Shown: positions 63,836 to 64,000 of the stretch, piece after piece
How the letters are laid out: the number at the start of each line of letters is the position of its first letter
How positions within the stretch are numbered: position 1 is the first letter of the stretch
Assembly: GCA_016748015.1 (NCBI GenBank)
Contig: JAAOMT010000664.1
Span: forward strand, 1,245,518-1,309,517
From: Geosiphon pyriformis uo1
Taxonomy: Eukaryota > Fungi > Glomeromycota
DNA: 64,000 nt
Direction of reading: 5' to 3'
Translations under genes and position numbers: made by a program
Notes under the pieces: model-generated
Databases searched by the model: none
Told to the model about the DNA's origin: nothing
The model's input: only the letters and a program-made list of their open reading frames with translations

Positions 63836-64000
63836 TGTTACTAATAGAATTTTAGCTATTAATTAGCATAAAATTACCCTTATAATTCTTATTATTTATT
63901 AATATATATTATTATCATTTCAATTATTACTTATTATTTAATCAAATTATTGAATATTATCATTTAATTAATAACTTAATTTGTATTATAGAAATTAAGA
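63836..64000 (+). repeat. Start of an A-family LTR, runs off window
   Basis: TGTTAC..TTAGCATAAAATTACCCTTATAATTC..ATTATCATTTAATTAATAAC matches 1968-2115. Confidence 0.85.

Overview
Eukaryotic, AT-rich, intron-containing DNA, most likely from an early-diverging fungus (Mucoromycota/Glomeromycotina-like; inferred). 1-36.6 kb is a stack of nested Ty3/Gypsy LTR retrotransposons. Element B (minus strand) sits in an older gag remnant, A and D sit in B, and C sits in the 5' LTR of D; A, C and D have recoverable 4-bp TSDs. The four elements share an unusual layout: one gag-PR ORF continuing into a ~250-aa Cys-rich module, a five-motif dUTPase, RT and RNase H. Integrase is a separate ORF with its own ATG, in the +1 frame in the three elements where the junction is sequenced. 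A further helical ORF stops at the polypurine tract. The otherwise unalignable LTRs share two covarying RNA structures: a hairpin with a palindromic TGATCA loop (kissing-loop/DIS-like) and a three-way junction. 36.6-44.2 kb holds heavily AT-eroded APE/RT/RNase H LINEs. 44.8-55.4 kb is a CpG-retaining gene island: transportin-1/Kap104 (first coding intron looks U12-type), a REase-like pseudogene containing a 48-bp minisatellite, and TRM7. 55.6-64 kb has a solo LTR, a hAT-like relic, and LINE and Gypsy relics. Repeats show pervasive C>T/G>A transition damage. All calls come from manual reading; no searches or folding were run.
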